A stretch of 64,000 nucleotides of DNA from an uncultured bacterium (GCA_903851135.1 CAINNK010000008.1:13136-77135), one strand, 5' to 3'; shown: positions 38,903 through 47,720, numbered from the stretch's first letter. Notes: generated by a model not told the origin, from the letters alone. Numbers and translations are program-made.

Positions 38903-39001
38903 GGAGCCAAATGTTAAAGGCTTTTTAGTTTTGAGTCTTTATGTTTTTGTTGCTCCTTAAATCAATCTTTCAAATGCTTTTTAAACAAAAGGACTACTGC
39001 T

Positions 39002-39673
39002 ATGAATCCTACCATTAAGCGGGCGCTGGTTTCTGTTTCTGACAAGACCGGTGTTGTTGATTTTTGTCGTCAACTGAGTTCAATGGGCGTTATTATTTAT
39101 TCAACTGGTGGAACTTTGAAAACATTACAGGATGAAGAAATTGAGGTCCGTTCAGTTTCTGAAATTACTGGATTCCCTGAGATTATGGATGGTCGAGTCA
39201 AAACTCTCCACCCAAAAATTCATGGTGGATTGCTGGCTGACAGGAATAAACCTAATCACATTGAACAAGCAAGGGCGAATCAGATTGAATTGATTGACCT
39301 GGTAGTGGTGAATCTTTATCCTTTTAAGAAGACAGTTGCCAAGCGGGGAGTTTCATTTGATGAGGCCATTGAGAACATTGATATCGGTGGACCCTCGATG
39401 CTTCGTAGCGCTGCCAAGAATCATAATTCAGTAACAGTAATAACTGATCGTGCTGACTATGCGCTTGTCTTAGAAGAGATGCGAGCAAATAATGGCGCTA
39501 CGGAAAATTCTACTCGCTTTAAACTTGCGCTGAAAGTTTTTGACCTTACTGCTCGTTACGACCGCACTATTACAACCTATCTCAAAAAGATAGAGAAAGC
39601 TAGAGAAAATACCGACGTAAAAACCTTTATGGGACGGTATGAACAACATGAGTTAGATGAGTTGGGTATTTAA
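39002..39673 (+). CDS. Standalone IMP cyclohydrolase domain (PurH N-terminal MGS-like domain) without the AICAR transformylase domain
   Basis: [20 protein letters not shown]...STGGT...[29 protein letters not shown] matches the PurH IMPCH domain. The ORF ends at 223 aa. Confidence 0.8.
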   Translation: MNPTIKRALVSVSDKTGVVDFCRQLSSMGVIIYSTGGTLKTLQDEEIEVRSVSEITGFPEIMDGRVKTLHPKIHGGLLADRNKPNHIEQARANQIELIDLVVVNLYPFKKTVAKRGVSFDEAIENIDIGGPSMLRSAAKNHNSVTVITDRADYALVLEEMRANNGATENSTRFKLALKVFDLTARYDRTITTYLKKIEKARENTDVKTFMGRYEQHELDELGI

Positions 39674-39688
39674 ACTAATCAGATAGAG

Positions 39689-39736
39689 ACAGGAGGATTC
39701 ATTGCATTTGCAATGACCTCCTGTTTTATTTTTTTA
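39689..39736 (+). terminator. Rho-independent terminator
   Basis: acaggaggattcattgca-ttt-gcaatgacctcctgt hairpin followed by a T-rich run. Confidence 0.7.
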
Positions 39737-39785
39737 TTGATTTTTTATTTGCCTTAAAAAACTTTTTACGTTAAGGTAAAGATAT

Positions 39786-41006
39786 ATGAACAATCAAAAA
39801 TTGGAACAATTTTTGCAAGATAATAATTTGCCCAAGTTTCGCTTGGGACAAATTCAAAAAGCCATCTTTCAAGACGGAGCTACTTCGTTTGGGGAAATTA
39901 CAACCCTTTCAAAAGATTTGCGAGAAAAAATGGAAAAGGAAATGAGAATCCTTTCTTTTGAGGTTGAAAAAGTTTTGGTGGCCGGTCCTGCCCGCAATGC
40001 TACGCGTAATGTTGCGAATGGCTTTGCTAATAATAACATTTCTTTGTCTCAACAATCTGAAGATAATAACGAGCATAGCGTTGCAGGCGGGGACGGTCAA
40101 TCAATTAAGGCGCTTTTGAAACTTGTTGATGGAAACCTGATTGAAACCGTCCTGATTTCACCCAAGCCGGGCACTTGGTCAGCATGCATTTCTTGCCAGG
40201 TTGGTTGCGCGATGGGTTGCCGCTTTTGCGCCACTGGCAAAATGGGTTTCAAGCGAAATCTGACCGCCGAAGAAATCACCGATCAGATTCTTTTTTGGAA
40301 ACAATACCTTTCTAAAAATCTAAAATCTAAAATCCTAAATCCTAAAACGGATGTTGCTGAAAATAATAAAAAAAATAATTCTGAGCCTTTTGGAATTTGT
40401 AATTTAGAATTTGGAAATTACAATATTGTAAACAATATTGTCTATATGGGTATGGGTGAGCCTTTTAATAATTGGGAAAATGTTTCCCAAAGCATCAATG
40501 ATTTGACAAATGAAAAATTGTTTGGCTTTGGATCGCGCAGTCTTTCGGTTTCAACTTCCGGGATTGCTAGTGGCATTGAAAAAATGTCCAAAGAGTTTCC
40601 GCAAGTAAATCTGGCCATTTCTCTGCATTTTGCCAGTGACGAAAAACGTGACCGTTATATGCCGGTCAACAAAGTTGACAATCTGGAGAATCTAAAAAAA
40701 GCTTTGCAAGAATATTTTCAGGTGACAAAACGAAAAGTTTTTTTGGAATATATTATGCTCGATGGAGTCAATGACACCGCCTTGGATGCCAAAATGCTGG
40801 CGCAGTATTTGCACAGTGTTGGCAATGCACATCTTTTGCATGTGAATTTAATTCGCTATAATGCGACCAGTGTAGATCTGAAACCTTCCTCAAAAAACAG
40901 AACGCAACTTTTCAAAAAAGAATTGGAAAAATATTTCATCAACGCCACCATCCGCAAAAGTTTAGGTGAGGAGATCAAAGGAGCTTGCGGGCAATTGGCC
41001 TCTTAA
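39786..41006 (+). CDS. rlmN: 23S rRNA (A2503-C2)/tRNA methyltransferase RlmN (radical SAM)
   Basis: N-terminus LPKFRLGQIQKAIFQDGATSFGEITTLSKDLREKM. Radical-SAM CQVGCAMGCRFC. C-terminal GACGQL. Contains an about 45-aa in-frame low-complexity insert (NLKSKILNPKTDVAENNKKNNSEPFGICNLEFGNYNIVNN) encoded by (CTAAAAT)n and tttggaatttg repeats at 40316-40440. Confidence 0.9.
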   Translation: MNNQKLEQFLQDNNLPKFRLGQIQKAIFQDGATSFGEITTLSKDLREKMEKEMRILSFEVEKVLVAGPARNATRNVANGFANNNISLSQQSEDNNEHSVAGGDGQSIKALLKLVDGNLIETVLISPKPGTWSACISCQVGCAMGCRFCATGKMGFKRNLTAEEITDQILFWKQYLSKNLKSKILNPKTDVAENNKKNNSEPFGICNLEFGNYNIVNNIVYMGMGEPFNNWENVSQSINDLTNEKLFGFGSRSLSVSTSGIASGIEKMSKEFPQVNLAISLHFASDEKRDRYMPVNKVDNLENLKKALQEYFQVTKRKVFLEYIMLDGVNDTALDAKMLAQYLHSVGNAHLLHVNLIRYNATSVDLKPSSKNRTQLFKKELEKYFINATIRKSLGEEIKGACGQLAS

Positions 41007-41049
41007 ATACAAAATGTTTATTATTCGATAATTTTTTAAAAAATAATAA

Positions 41050-41374
41050 AATGGGAAAACAAGAATTGCTGCCTCAATATAACAAAAAGGAATCAAGTCC
41101 TGTAATTAGAATAAAAACAATAGAACAAATAAATAAAGAAATTTTATGGGGAGAGGACACCAAAAATGTGGTAGGCTTTGGGGTAACGTTGTCAATTAAG
41201 GCTAGAAAGGTGATGGTTGCATTTCCTGATAAATATTCTTGGCAATATGGTGTATTTTATCCGGATGGTTCTGTCAATGTAGGCCCTGCTAAATATAAAG
41301 ATAAAGAGGAGGCATTGAATGATGGTGTCGATATTGCAGAGATAGAGATTAGAACTTTGCTACAAGAAGATTAG
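41050..41374 (+). CDS. Hypothetical protein (about 108 aa)
   Basis: ORF with ATG at 41050. No motif recognised. Confidence 0.4.
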
Positions 41375-41379
41375 TTCTT

Positions 41380-41778
41380 TTATTTCAAGAATCTAAAATG
41401 TTTCAAAGTTGGAAGAATATTGGGTGCCAAATCTTCGCTAGAAAGTTCTTCAATCGGAATCCATTTCCATTGTTTGATTTCAGCGCCAGGGGAAACTTCA
41501 CCAATTCTTTTAGCGAGATAGTGCACCAAAATGACATCGCAGTCGCCGTCTTCATTTTGCTTGAAAGTGTGCATGAGAAAAGGAGTTGAATTCAAAATTT
41601 CAATTTCAATTCCCATTTCTTCTTTGGCTTTTCTTTTGGCAGTTTCAACAAGAGTTGTTTCTTTGTTTTCAACTCTGCCGCCGCAAAATTTCCAGAAAGG
41701 CGTGTCACCGTGCTGATCAAGCAAAACTTTGCCGTTTTCAACAATAACTGGTCCCGAGGCGATAATTATTTTTGGCAT
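41380..41778 (-). CDS. NUDIX hydrolase
   Basis: Nudix box GGRVENKETTLVETAKRKAKEEMGI (GX5EX7REUXEEXGU pattern). 132 aa. Confidence 0.8.
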   Translation of the reverse strand: MPKIIIASGPVIVENGKVLLDQHGDTPFWKFCGGRVENKETTLVETAKRKAKEEMGIEIEILNSTPFLMHTFKQNEDGDCDVILVHYLAKRIGEVSPGAEIKQWKWIPIEELSSEDLAPNILPTLKHFRFLK

Positions 41779-41839
41779 ATATTTTTCATTTAAACATTTA
41801 AGTCTTTAAATATTCAAACAATTAGAACAATTATAACAT

Positions 41840-43480
41840 CTATAACTTTTTCACTAAATACGTGTCCTTTAATTTGTATCCAGCTTTTCGATAATAATTT
41901 CGCACGCCGATGCCGGAGATGACGACAATTTTTTTCAGGCCATATTCTTCTTTGGCGATACGCTCAGCTTCGAGCAGCAGTTTTTTCCCCAGGCCGATAT
42001 GCTGTGGCGATTTGGAATCCTTTTCATCAATTTGGGTCATTTTACCATAGGTGTGAACTTCGCGGATGATAGCTGCGTTTTGAAGAACAGGCAACATTTT
42101 ATACATTTTGTCATTCCCACAGGAACTTGGAATTCGCAAACGCAAAAGGGCAAAAAGTTTTTTCTTGTCTGGGCTGACATATTGCAGAAAAATTTCGCGG
42201 CCATCGGAAGCAGTGTAGTCAATTCGATCCAAAACAATTGATTCTTTGATGGTGTAACCTTCGCGGACTTCACGGCAACGAATGCAGGGACAATTTGACT
42301 GGGGAATAATGATCTGACGTAGATTAGAAACTGTCGGACCAGCGATGATTGAGCAGGTCGGCACATCTCGAATCAGACGAGCAATGCGAACATAGGGAAC
42401 AATCGCCTCATTTTTGATTTTCAAAACCAATTTTTCAAAAATCTTATTCGTCAGTGGTTTGTAGTTTCCATTTTTCCAGATTTTATAGAGTAAGCTGTTT
42501 TTTAAAACGACAGTTGGATAAATTTTGAGCATGTCGGGTTGAAATTGTTGATTTTCAAAGAGGGTCTTAAACATCTCAAAATCCCGCTTGGGGGTTGATC
42601 CTGGCAGTCCTGGCATCATGTGATAGTTGATCTTGAAACCGGCATCCTTGAGCAATTTGGTTGCTTGGATTGTGCTTTGGATAAGATGTCCGCGTTTATT
42701 GAAAACCAAAACATCGTCATAAATGCTTTGCACGCCAAGTTCCACTCGGGTGCAGCCAAGCTCTCGAAAATTGAGAATTTCTTTTTCATTGATATAGTCC
42801 GGCCTGGTTTCCAAAGTTAGCCCAATAATCCGATGTTTAGTCTTCTCATTTTTCTTCTGCTGGATTTCCATTTTATCATTTGCACTTAGCGTTCCACGTT
42901 CCACGTTTTGCATTTTACGTTCACGTTCCACGTTCCACGTTCCACGCTTCGCGTATTCATTGCACGCCTGAAAACACCTCGTGATAAATTTTTTCTGATA
43001 AGCTTTGGGCAGATAGGAAAAAGTTCCGCCCATCACAATCAATTCGATTTTGTCGGTTTTGTGACCATTAAGTTCCAGTGAGCGCAAGCGACTTTGGACT
43101 TGCAAATATGGGTCGAAATGCGAATCAATGGCCCGCATCACGGCCGGCTCATTGGAGAGATAGCTTTTCGGCATTTCTTTTTCACTGGGGCAATAAATGC
43201 ATTTGCCTGGACAAGGATATGATTTGGTTAGCACTGCCACCACAGCCACGCCTGATTGGGTGCGGATGCGACGACTGAGCAGAATTTTTTCGAAAGCGGG
43301 GTTGGGCTTGACGATGTTTTCCAAAACCAAATCATTGTAGCGATCGCGCAAGTCAGCATTGGTTGGAATTGGAAGTTTGTATTGTTTGGAAAGTTTTTTC
43401 TTGAGCTGCAAAAACTCCTCCTGGGTTTCAGGAAGCTCTTCAATTGCCGAGATGATGAAATTGTCGTAAGCTGAATTCAT
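41840..43480 (-). CDS. Elp3-family radical SAM / GNAT acetyltransferase (tRNA U34 carboxymethyl-type modification enzyme homolog)
   Basis: Elp3 hallmarks SYPCPGKCIYCP (radical SAM cluster) and a C-terminal GNAT region (HIGLGKKLLLEAERIAKEEYGLKKIVVISGIGVRNYYRKAGY). 546 aa. Carries an in-frame (GTTCCAC)n-derived insert AKRGTWNVERERKMQNVERGTL (plus-strand 42884-42950). Confidence 0.85.
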   Translation of the reverse strand: MNSAYDNFIISAIEELPETQEEFLQLKKKLSKQYKLPIPTNADLRDRYNDLVLENIVKPNPAFEKILLSRRIRTQSGVAVVAVLTKSYPCPGKCIYCPSEKEMPKSYLSNEPAVMRAIDSHFDPYLQVQSRLRSLELNGHKTDKIELIVMGGTFSYLPKAYQKKFITRCFQACNEYAKRGTWNVERERKMQNVERGTLSANDKMEIQQKKNEKTKHRIIGLTLETRPDYINEKEILNFRELGCTRVELGVQSIYDDVLVFNKRGHLIQSTIQATKLLKDAGFKINYHMMPGLPGSTPKRDFEMFKTLFENQQFQPDMLKIYPTVVLKNSLLYKIWKNGNYKPLTNKIFEKLVLKIKNEAIVPYVRIARLIRDVPTCSIIAGPTVSNLRQIIIPQSNCPCIRCREVREGYTIKESIVLDRIDYTASDGREIFLQYVSPDKKKLFALLRLRIPSSCGNDKMYKMLPVLQNAAIIREVHTYGKMTQIDEKDSKSPQHIGLGKKLLLEAERIAKEEYGLKKIVVISGIGVRNYYRKAGYKLKDTYLVKKL

Positions 43481-44185
43481 ATGAAAAAAGAAATTGCAGA
43501 AAAAATATTAAAGGAAACTGAGATTGGCTATGACTTGATCTCTCAGAAATTTTCTCAAACCAGAAAACATTTTTGGCGCGGTTTGGAGTTCATAAAGGAT
43601 TATACGCACGAAGGCGATAAAGTTTTGGATTTTGGCTGTGGCAACGGGCGTTTGCTTGAATTGCTTGGAGAAAATAGTGCTGAATATTATGGCGTTGATG
43701 TCTCCCAGGCTTTGATTGATTTTGCCAAGCAAAAATATCCCAAAGCTTACTTTTTCAAGATGAACCCCAGTCAAACAAGCTTAGCATTCGAAGCTGAATT
43801 TTTCAATACCATTTATAGTATTGCGGTTTTTCATCATTTTCCTTCTCAAAAATATCGTCAGGATGTCGTAAAGGAACTTTACAATAAAACGAAAAATGGT
43901 GGTCGAATTATTGTCACCGTCTGGTATCTTTTTCAAGAGAGGTACTTCAAAAATATTTTGCAAAATTGGTTTGCAAAATTGCAAGGCAACAGCCAGTTGG
44001 ATTGGAATGATTGCGAAATTTCTTTCACAGATAATCAAGGCAAACGTTTTTGGCGTTTTCACCACGCTTTCACCAAAAGAGAACTGCAGAAACTTTTCCA
44101 AGAGGCTGGCTTTGAAATTGAAAAATGTGAGATTGTGGGCGGGCGAAACATATTGCTGATTGGTAGAAGGGCAGATTCTGGATGA
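43481..44185 (+). CDS. Class I SAM-dependent methyltransferase, Trm9-like (tRNA U34 carboxymethyl methyl-esterifying family)
   Basis: ISQKFSQTRKHFW...FI and VLDFGCGNGRLL parallel Trm9 IAPHFSQTRYKPW...FL and IDVGCGNGKYL. YSIAVFHHFPS...GGRIIVTVWYLFQ parallels Trm9 ISIAVVHHWST...GGQALIYCWALEQ. Start codon abuts the elp3 start (CATATG). Confidence 0.7.
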   Translation: MKKEIAEKILKETEIGYDLISQKFSQTRKHFWRGLEFIKDYTHEGDKVLDFGCGNGRLLELLGENSAEYYGVDVSQALIDFAKQKYPKAYFFKMNPSQTSLAFEAEFFNTIYSIAVFHHFPSQKYRQDVVKELYNKTKNGGRIIVTVWYLFQERYFKNILQNWFAKLQGNSQLDWNDCEISFTDNQGKRFWRFHHAFTKRELQKLFQEAGFEIEKCEIVGGRNILLIGRRADSG

Positions 44186-44395
44186 TAGATTTTAGATTTT
44201 AGAATAAATACGGGTAAGTAGATTCTGGATGATAGATTTTAGATTTTAGAATAAATACGGGTAAGTAGATTCTGGATGATAGATTTTAGATTTTAGAATA
44301 AATACGGGTAAGTAGATTCTGGATTTTAGATTTTAGAATAAATACGGGTAAGTAGATTCTAGATGATAGATTTTAGATTTTAGAAATGATATTAT
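44173..44395. repeat. Tandem repeat array, about 47-bp unit x about 4.5 copies
   Basis: Unit AGATTCTGGATGATAGATTTTAGATTTTAGAATAAATACGGGTAAGT repeated head-to-tail. The 4th copy lacks 7 nt and the 5th is partial. Overlaps the 3' end of the methyltransferase gene. No unique spacers. Confidence 0.85.
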
Positions 44396-44401
44396 AAAAG
44401 C

Positions 44402-44788
44402 ATGGAAAAAATAAAAAAATTTACAGATTTAGTTGTTTGGCAAGAAGGTCATAAATTGGTTATTCTTATCTATGATATAACTAAAAAATTTCCCAAGGAA
44501 GAGTGATATTCTTTAACTGATCAAATGCGAAGAGCTGCAACCTCTGTTACTTCAAATATAGCCGAAGGTTTTGGTAGGCAAGGTTATAAGGAAAAGATTC
44601 AATTTTATCACTTAGCACTCGGATCTTTGACTGAATTAGAAAATCAGATTTTTATCGCAAGGGATGTCACGTATTTAAATTCTTCTGATTTTGAAATTTT
44701 AATGAATAAAGCCAGTGATGCTCATAGATTATTAAATGGAATCATAAAAAAATCTAAAGAGTATCTTAATTTAAAATCTAAGTTATAG
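44402..44788 (+). pseudogene. Four-helix-bundle protein (23S rRNA intervening-sequence protein family) interrupted by an in-frame TGA at 44504-44506
   Basis: MEKIKKFTDLVVWQEGHKLVILIYDITKKFPKEE-[TGA]-YSLTDQMRRAATSVTSNIAEGFGRQ matches the family consensus (FPKEEK/RYGLTSQLRRAAVSI). The stop replaces an expected AAR/AGA codon. The downstream 87-aa ORF (44525-44788) is in the same frame. Confidence 0.6.
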
Positions 44789-44831
44789 AAATATATTCTA
44801 AAATCTAGAATCTAAAATCTATATTCTATTA

Positions 44832-45647
44832 ATGAACATTTTTCAATCAATCATACTTGGTATCTTGCAGGGTTTGGGTGAGTTTTTGCCGATTTCGTCG
44901 ACGGCGCATTTGATTTTGGCGCCGTGGTTTTTTGGTTGGAGTGATCCAGGCCTTTCTTTTGACGTGGCGCTTCATCTGGGAACCCTGATTGCTGTGGTTG
45001 GATTTTTTTGGCGAGATTGGCTTATTATTTTTCAGCTTGCGCTTCAAAAAATTTCAAATTTCAAATTTCAAATTTCAAATTCTGCGGAGAAGTATCCTTC
45101 ACAGCTGCTTTGGCTCTTGGTCATCGCTTCTGTTCCGGGCGCAATTTTCGGAATGCTTTTTGACAGCAAGGCGGAAGCGACTTTTCGCAATCCGCTTTTG
45201 ATTGCTTTTACTTTGAGTGTGGTCGGGTTGATTTTGTTTTTGGTAGATAAATATGCCGCCCATCGCAAGGAGCTTGGCAAGCTGACAAAACTGGACGCAT
45301 TTTGGATTGGTCTTTCTCAGGCCGTGGCCATTATTCCGGGCGTATCACGCTCTGGGGCCACAATGACCACGGGACTTTTCTTGGGACTCTCACGCCAGCA
45401 AGCAGCCCGTTTTTCTTTTTTGCTTTCTACCCCAATCATTTTTGGGGCGGCCATTGTGAAAGTCCCGCATCTCTTGAAAGATGGAATCAGTATGGCAATT
45501 CTTTTTGGCATTTTAGCCTCGGCCATTACTGGTTATTTGGCCATCAAATTCATGCTTCGCTTCATTCAAAAAGTTGGCTACGCCCCATTTTTTTGGTATC
45601 GCTTGGCCTTGGCTGCGGTTGTGGTGATGGTATATTTTTTGAGGTAA
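44832..45647 (+). CDS. uppP: Undecaprenyl-diphosphatase (UppP/BacA)
   Basis: N-terminus ILGILQGLGEFLPISSTAHLILAPWFFGWSDPG...FDVALHLGT. Second conserved block GVSRSGATMTTGLFLG. In-frame (TTCAAAT)3 insert KISNFKFQISNS at 45050-45080. Confidence 0.9.
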   Translation: MNIFQSIILGILQGLGEFLPISSTAHLILAPWFFGWSDPGLSFDVALHLGTLIAVVGFFWRDWLIIFQLALQKISNFKFQISNSAEKYPSQLLWLLVIASVPGAIFGMLFDSKAEATFRNPLLIAFTLSVVGLILFLVDKYAAHRKELGKLTKLDAFWIGLSQAVAIIPGVSRSGATMTTGLFLGLSRQQAARFSFLLSTPIIFGAAIVKVPHLLKDGISMAILFGILASAITGYLAIKFMLRFIQKVGYAPFFWYRLALAAVVVMVYFLR

Positions 45648-45772
45648 CTGAGCTAGTAGTTGAGATTCTTTTAAGTATGCCTATTGCACCTTTTATTTAT
45701 TTATGATTAGATAGTGTGCAATAGAATAGTGAATAGTTTTTTTGTCAAACTTTTTTATCAAGGGAGGAGTTT

Positions 45773-46150
45773 ATGTGTTCGAAAGATTTTTGTTATGTGC
45801 TTATCGGAAAAGATAACAAATACATGATCCTTTGTCGTCAAGAGGATTATGATTTGAATTTGATCCGTGAAGCCATCAGGCATGCGTTTCCCGCACTACC
45901 AAATGATGTGGAGATCTTGGTTCGCGATTGTCATAAGATGTTCTCCAGTCAATTCGAATGCCAAGTTAGGCCCCTGGAAGCAAGTAATTGGGGCAGTATC
46001 CGTTTTATTGCTCTCCAGATAGTTGAGAAAGATAACGTAACTTATTGCTGCAGGGCAAAGTTTTTTGGAAATTTCAGTATTCTTCCTAAAAGGAAATTAA
46101 AATTATTAGGTTTTCTTCATACTAAACCCAAAATTTTACAGAAAGATTAG
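45773..46150 (+). CDS. Hypothetical Cys-rich protein (125 aa)
   Basis: Strong SD GGGAGGAG 4-5 nt before the ATG. 7 Cys. No family recognised. Confidence 0.5.
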   Translation: MCSKDFCYVLIGKDNKYMILCRQEDYDLNLIREAIRHAFPALPNDVEILVRDCHKMFSSQFECQVRPLEASNWGSIRFIALQIVEKDNVTYCCRAKFFGNFSILPKRKLKLLGFLHTKPKILQKD

Positions 46151-46264
46151 TTTGGTGAGGTTAAAAACTGGTGGTACCAATGGGTAGCCAGTTTTTTTAT
46201 TTTCAAAATTTGACGCATTTCATTTTTATGTTAAAATACCCCTAGGAGGTATACAAATAAAAAT

Positions 46265-46349
46265 GTCATTCTGAACTTGTTTCAGAATCTACTTTCTTTA
46301 TTTAACAATACTGCCTGTAATCGAGATCCTGAAACAAGTTCAGGATGAC
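46265..46349. promoter_or_regulatory. Paired hairpin motif (GTCATTCTGAACTTGTTTCAGAATC ... GATCCTGAAACAAGTTCAGGATGAC) upstream of csoR; same family as 6185-6289
   Basis: Two 25-bp internally palindromic arms in inverted orientation, about 35 bp apart, 45-130 bp upstream of the CsoR-family gene. Confidence 0.35.
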
Positions 46350-46392
46350 ACAAAAGAATATTCCTAATTCTTAAAGGATAACTCCTAAACAT

Positions 46393-46680
46393 ATGGCGAC
46401 TAAAAAAATAGTTTCTCAAAAAGACAAAGAAATTGTCAAAGAAAAAATTCTCAATCGGATTTCGAGAGTGGAAGGACAACTCAAGGGAATTCGCAGGATG
46501 GTCCAGGAGCAAAAAGAATGTATCGACATTATCACGCAAATCACAGCCATCCGGGAGGCGGTTTCAATGTTGGGCATTGAGTTGCTGAAGAATGATTTTG
46601 TTTGCAATTGGGAAGGTGGCAAGAAAAAAATTGACGAAAAATATTTGAAGAGTTTGTTTAAGATGTCAGCCGGAGGCTGA
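46393..46680 (+). CDS. CsoR/RcnR/FrmR-family metal-sensing transcriptional repressor
   Basis: LNRISRVEGQLKGIRRMVQEQKECIDIITQITAIREAVSMLGIELL matches the DUF156/CsoR helix-bundle pattern (R-x-EGQ-x-G, the C in ECIDI, the H/C ligand positions). 95 aa. Confidence 0.8.
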   Translation: MATKKIVSQKDKEIVKEKILNRISRVEGQLKGIRRMVQEQKECIDIITQITAIREAVSMLGIELLKNDFVCNWEGGKKKIDEKYLKSLFKMSAGG

Positions 46681-46745
46681 TCAGCCTTTGGCTGAAAATT
46701 TTAAAGAACTTTATAATTTTATAACTTTAAAAACTTTATAACTTT

Positions 46746-47663
46746 ATGACCTTATTTGATTTAGCTATTATCGGTTCAGGCCCGGCTGGACTTTCAGCTT
46801 CGGTGTATGCTTCGCGTTATGGAATTAAGAATGTGGTGATTGGTGGGATTGCTGGAGGACTCACTACTCAGACACATGAAATTGGCAATTGGCTTGGCAC
46901 AGAAAAAATTACCGGTTTTGAGTTTGCGATGAAAGCCAGTGCTCATGCGGAAAGCTATGGCACCAAGAACATTGTGGCTTTGGTGGATGCAATTGAAAGC
47001 AAGGATGAAAAATATATTCTGCTATTGAGTAACGGTGAAAAATTGGAGGCTAAAGCAATTTTGCTAGCCATGGGAACCAAGCATCGACGTCTTGGAGTCG
47101 TTGGCGAAAAAGAATTTACTGGTAAAGGTGTTTCATATTGCGCGACTTGCGATGGATTTTTTTATCGCGGCAAAACGGTGGCGGTGGTGGGTGGCAATGA
47201 TAGCGCAGCGGGCGCAGCGGTTTATCTTGGGGATATTGCAGAGAAGGTTTTCGTAATTTATCGTGGAGAAAAAATACGTTGCGAATCTTTTTGGGCCACG
47301 GCTTTGGAAAAAAATCCAAAGATTGAAATTTTGTATAACACTAATGTTAAAGAAATCAAAGGCGAAGGCAAAGTGCAGGAACTTTTGCTGGATAGTCCTT
47401 TTAATAATTCAGACACTTTGAAAGTCGACGGTGTGTTCGTGGAAATTGGCTCTGACCCAAATGTGGAATTGGTCAAAAATTTGGAAATTGAAACTGATGA
47501 GAATGGATATCTTAAAATTGATCCTAGTGGCAAGACCAGCCGCAAAGGCATCTGGGCCGCTGGCGACATCACGACCGGCTCTGATAAATTCAAACAAATT
47601 GTGACAGCTGCTGCTGAAGGTGCTGTTGCTGCGCATAGTATCCATGGGTATTTGAAGAGATAA
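46746..47663 (+). CDS. trxB: Thioredoxin-disulfide reductase
   Basis: FAD motif AIIGSGPAG, redox-active CATCDG, NADPH motif VVGGNDSA. 305 aa. Confidence 0.9.
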   Translation: MTLFDLAIIGSGPAGLSASVYASRYGIKNVVIGGIAGGLTTQTHEIGNWLGTEKITGFEFAMKASAHAESYGTKNIVALVDAIESKDEKYILLLSNGEKLEAKAILLAMGTKHRRLGVVGEKEFTGKGVSYCATCDGFFYRGKTVAVVGGNDSAAGAAVYLGDIAEKVFVIYRGEKIRCESFWATALEKNPKIEILYNTNVKEIKGEGKVQELLLDSPFNNSDTLKVDGVFVEIGSDPNVELVKNLEIETDENGYLKIDPSGKTSRKGIWAAGDITTGSDKFKQIVTAAAEGAVAAHSIHGYLKR

Positions 47664-47676
47664 AACCTTTTTAAAA

Positions 47677-47720
47677 GTGTGACAGAAGTCTGCGACCGCA
47701 GACTTCTGTCACACTTTTTT
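47677..47720. terminator. Bidirectional Rho-independent terminator (18-bp perfect stem)
   Basis: gtgtgacagaagtctgcg-accg-cgcagacttctgtcacac followed by TTTTTT. Sits between convergent trxB and the minus-strand two-gene operon. Confidence 0.85.

Noticed and set aside
38690-39000. ZTP, purine or other known riboswitch, or SRP/RNase P/tmRNA gene, in the structured region upstream of the IMP cyclohydrolase gene
   Set aside because: None of the diagnostic consensus strings are present (GGGUCGUGA / CCGCCUGGGCA for ZTP, the purine-riboswitch junction core, GGAAGCAGCCAAGG for SRP, AAGUCCGG for RNase P, tmRNA ends). It is left as an unassigned structured region.
44173-44395. Possible CRISPR array (regularly spaced repeats)
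   Set aside because: The whole about 47-bp unit repeats head-to-tail with no unique spacers and no cas genes nearby. It is a simple tandem repeat.
44504-44506. Alternative genetic code (TGA=Gly, code 25) suggested by the in-frame TGA in the four-helix-bundle gene
   Set aside because: Long conserved genes throughout the window (ileS, leuS, uvrA, copA) are intact under the standard code and several end in TGA. A single TGA at a conserved Lys/Arg position is better explained by a point mutation or error.
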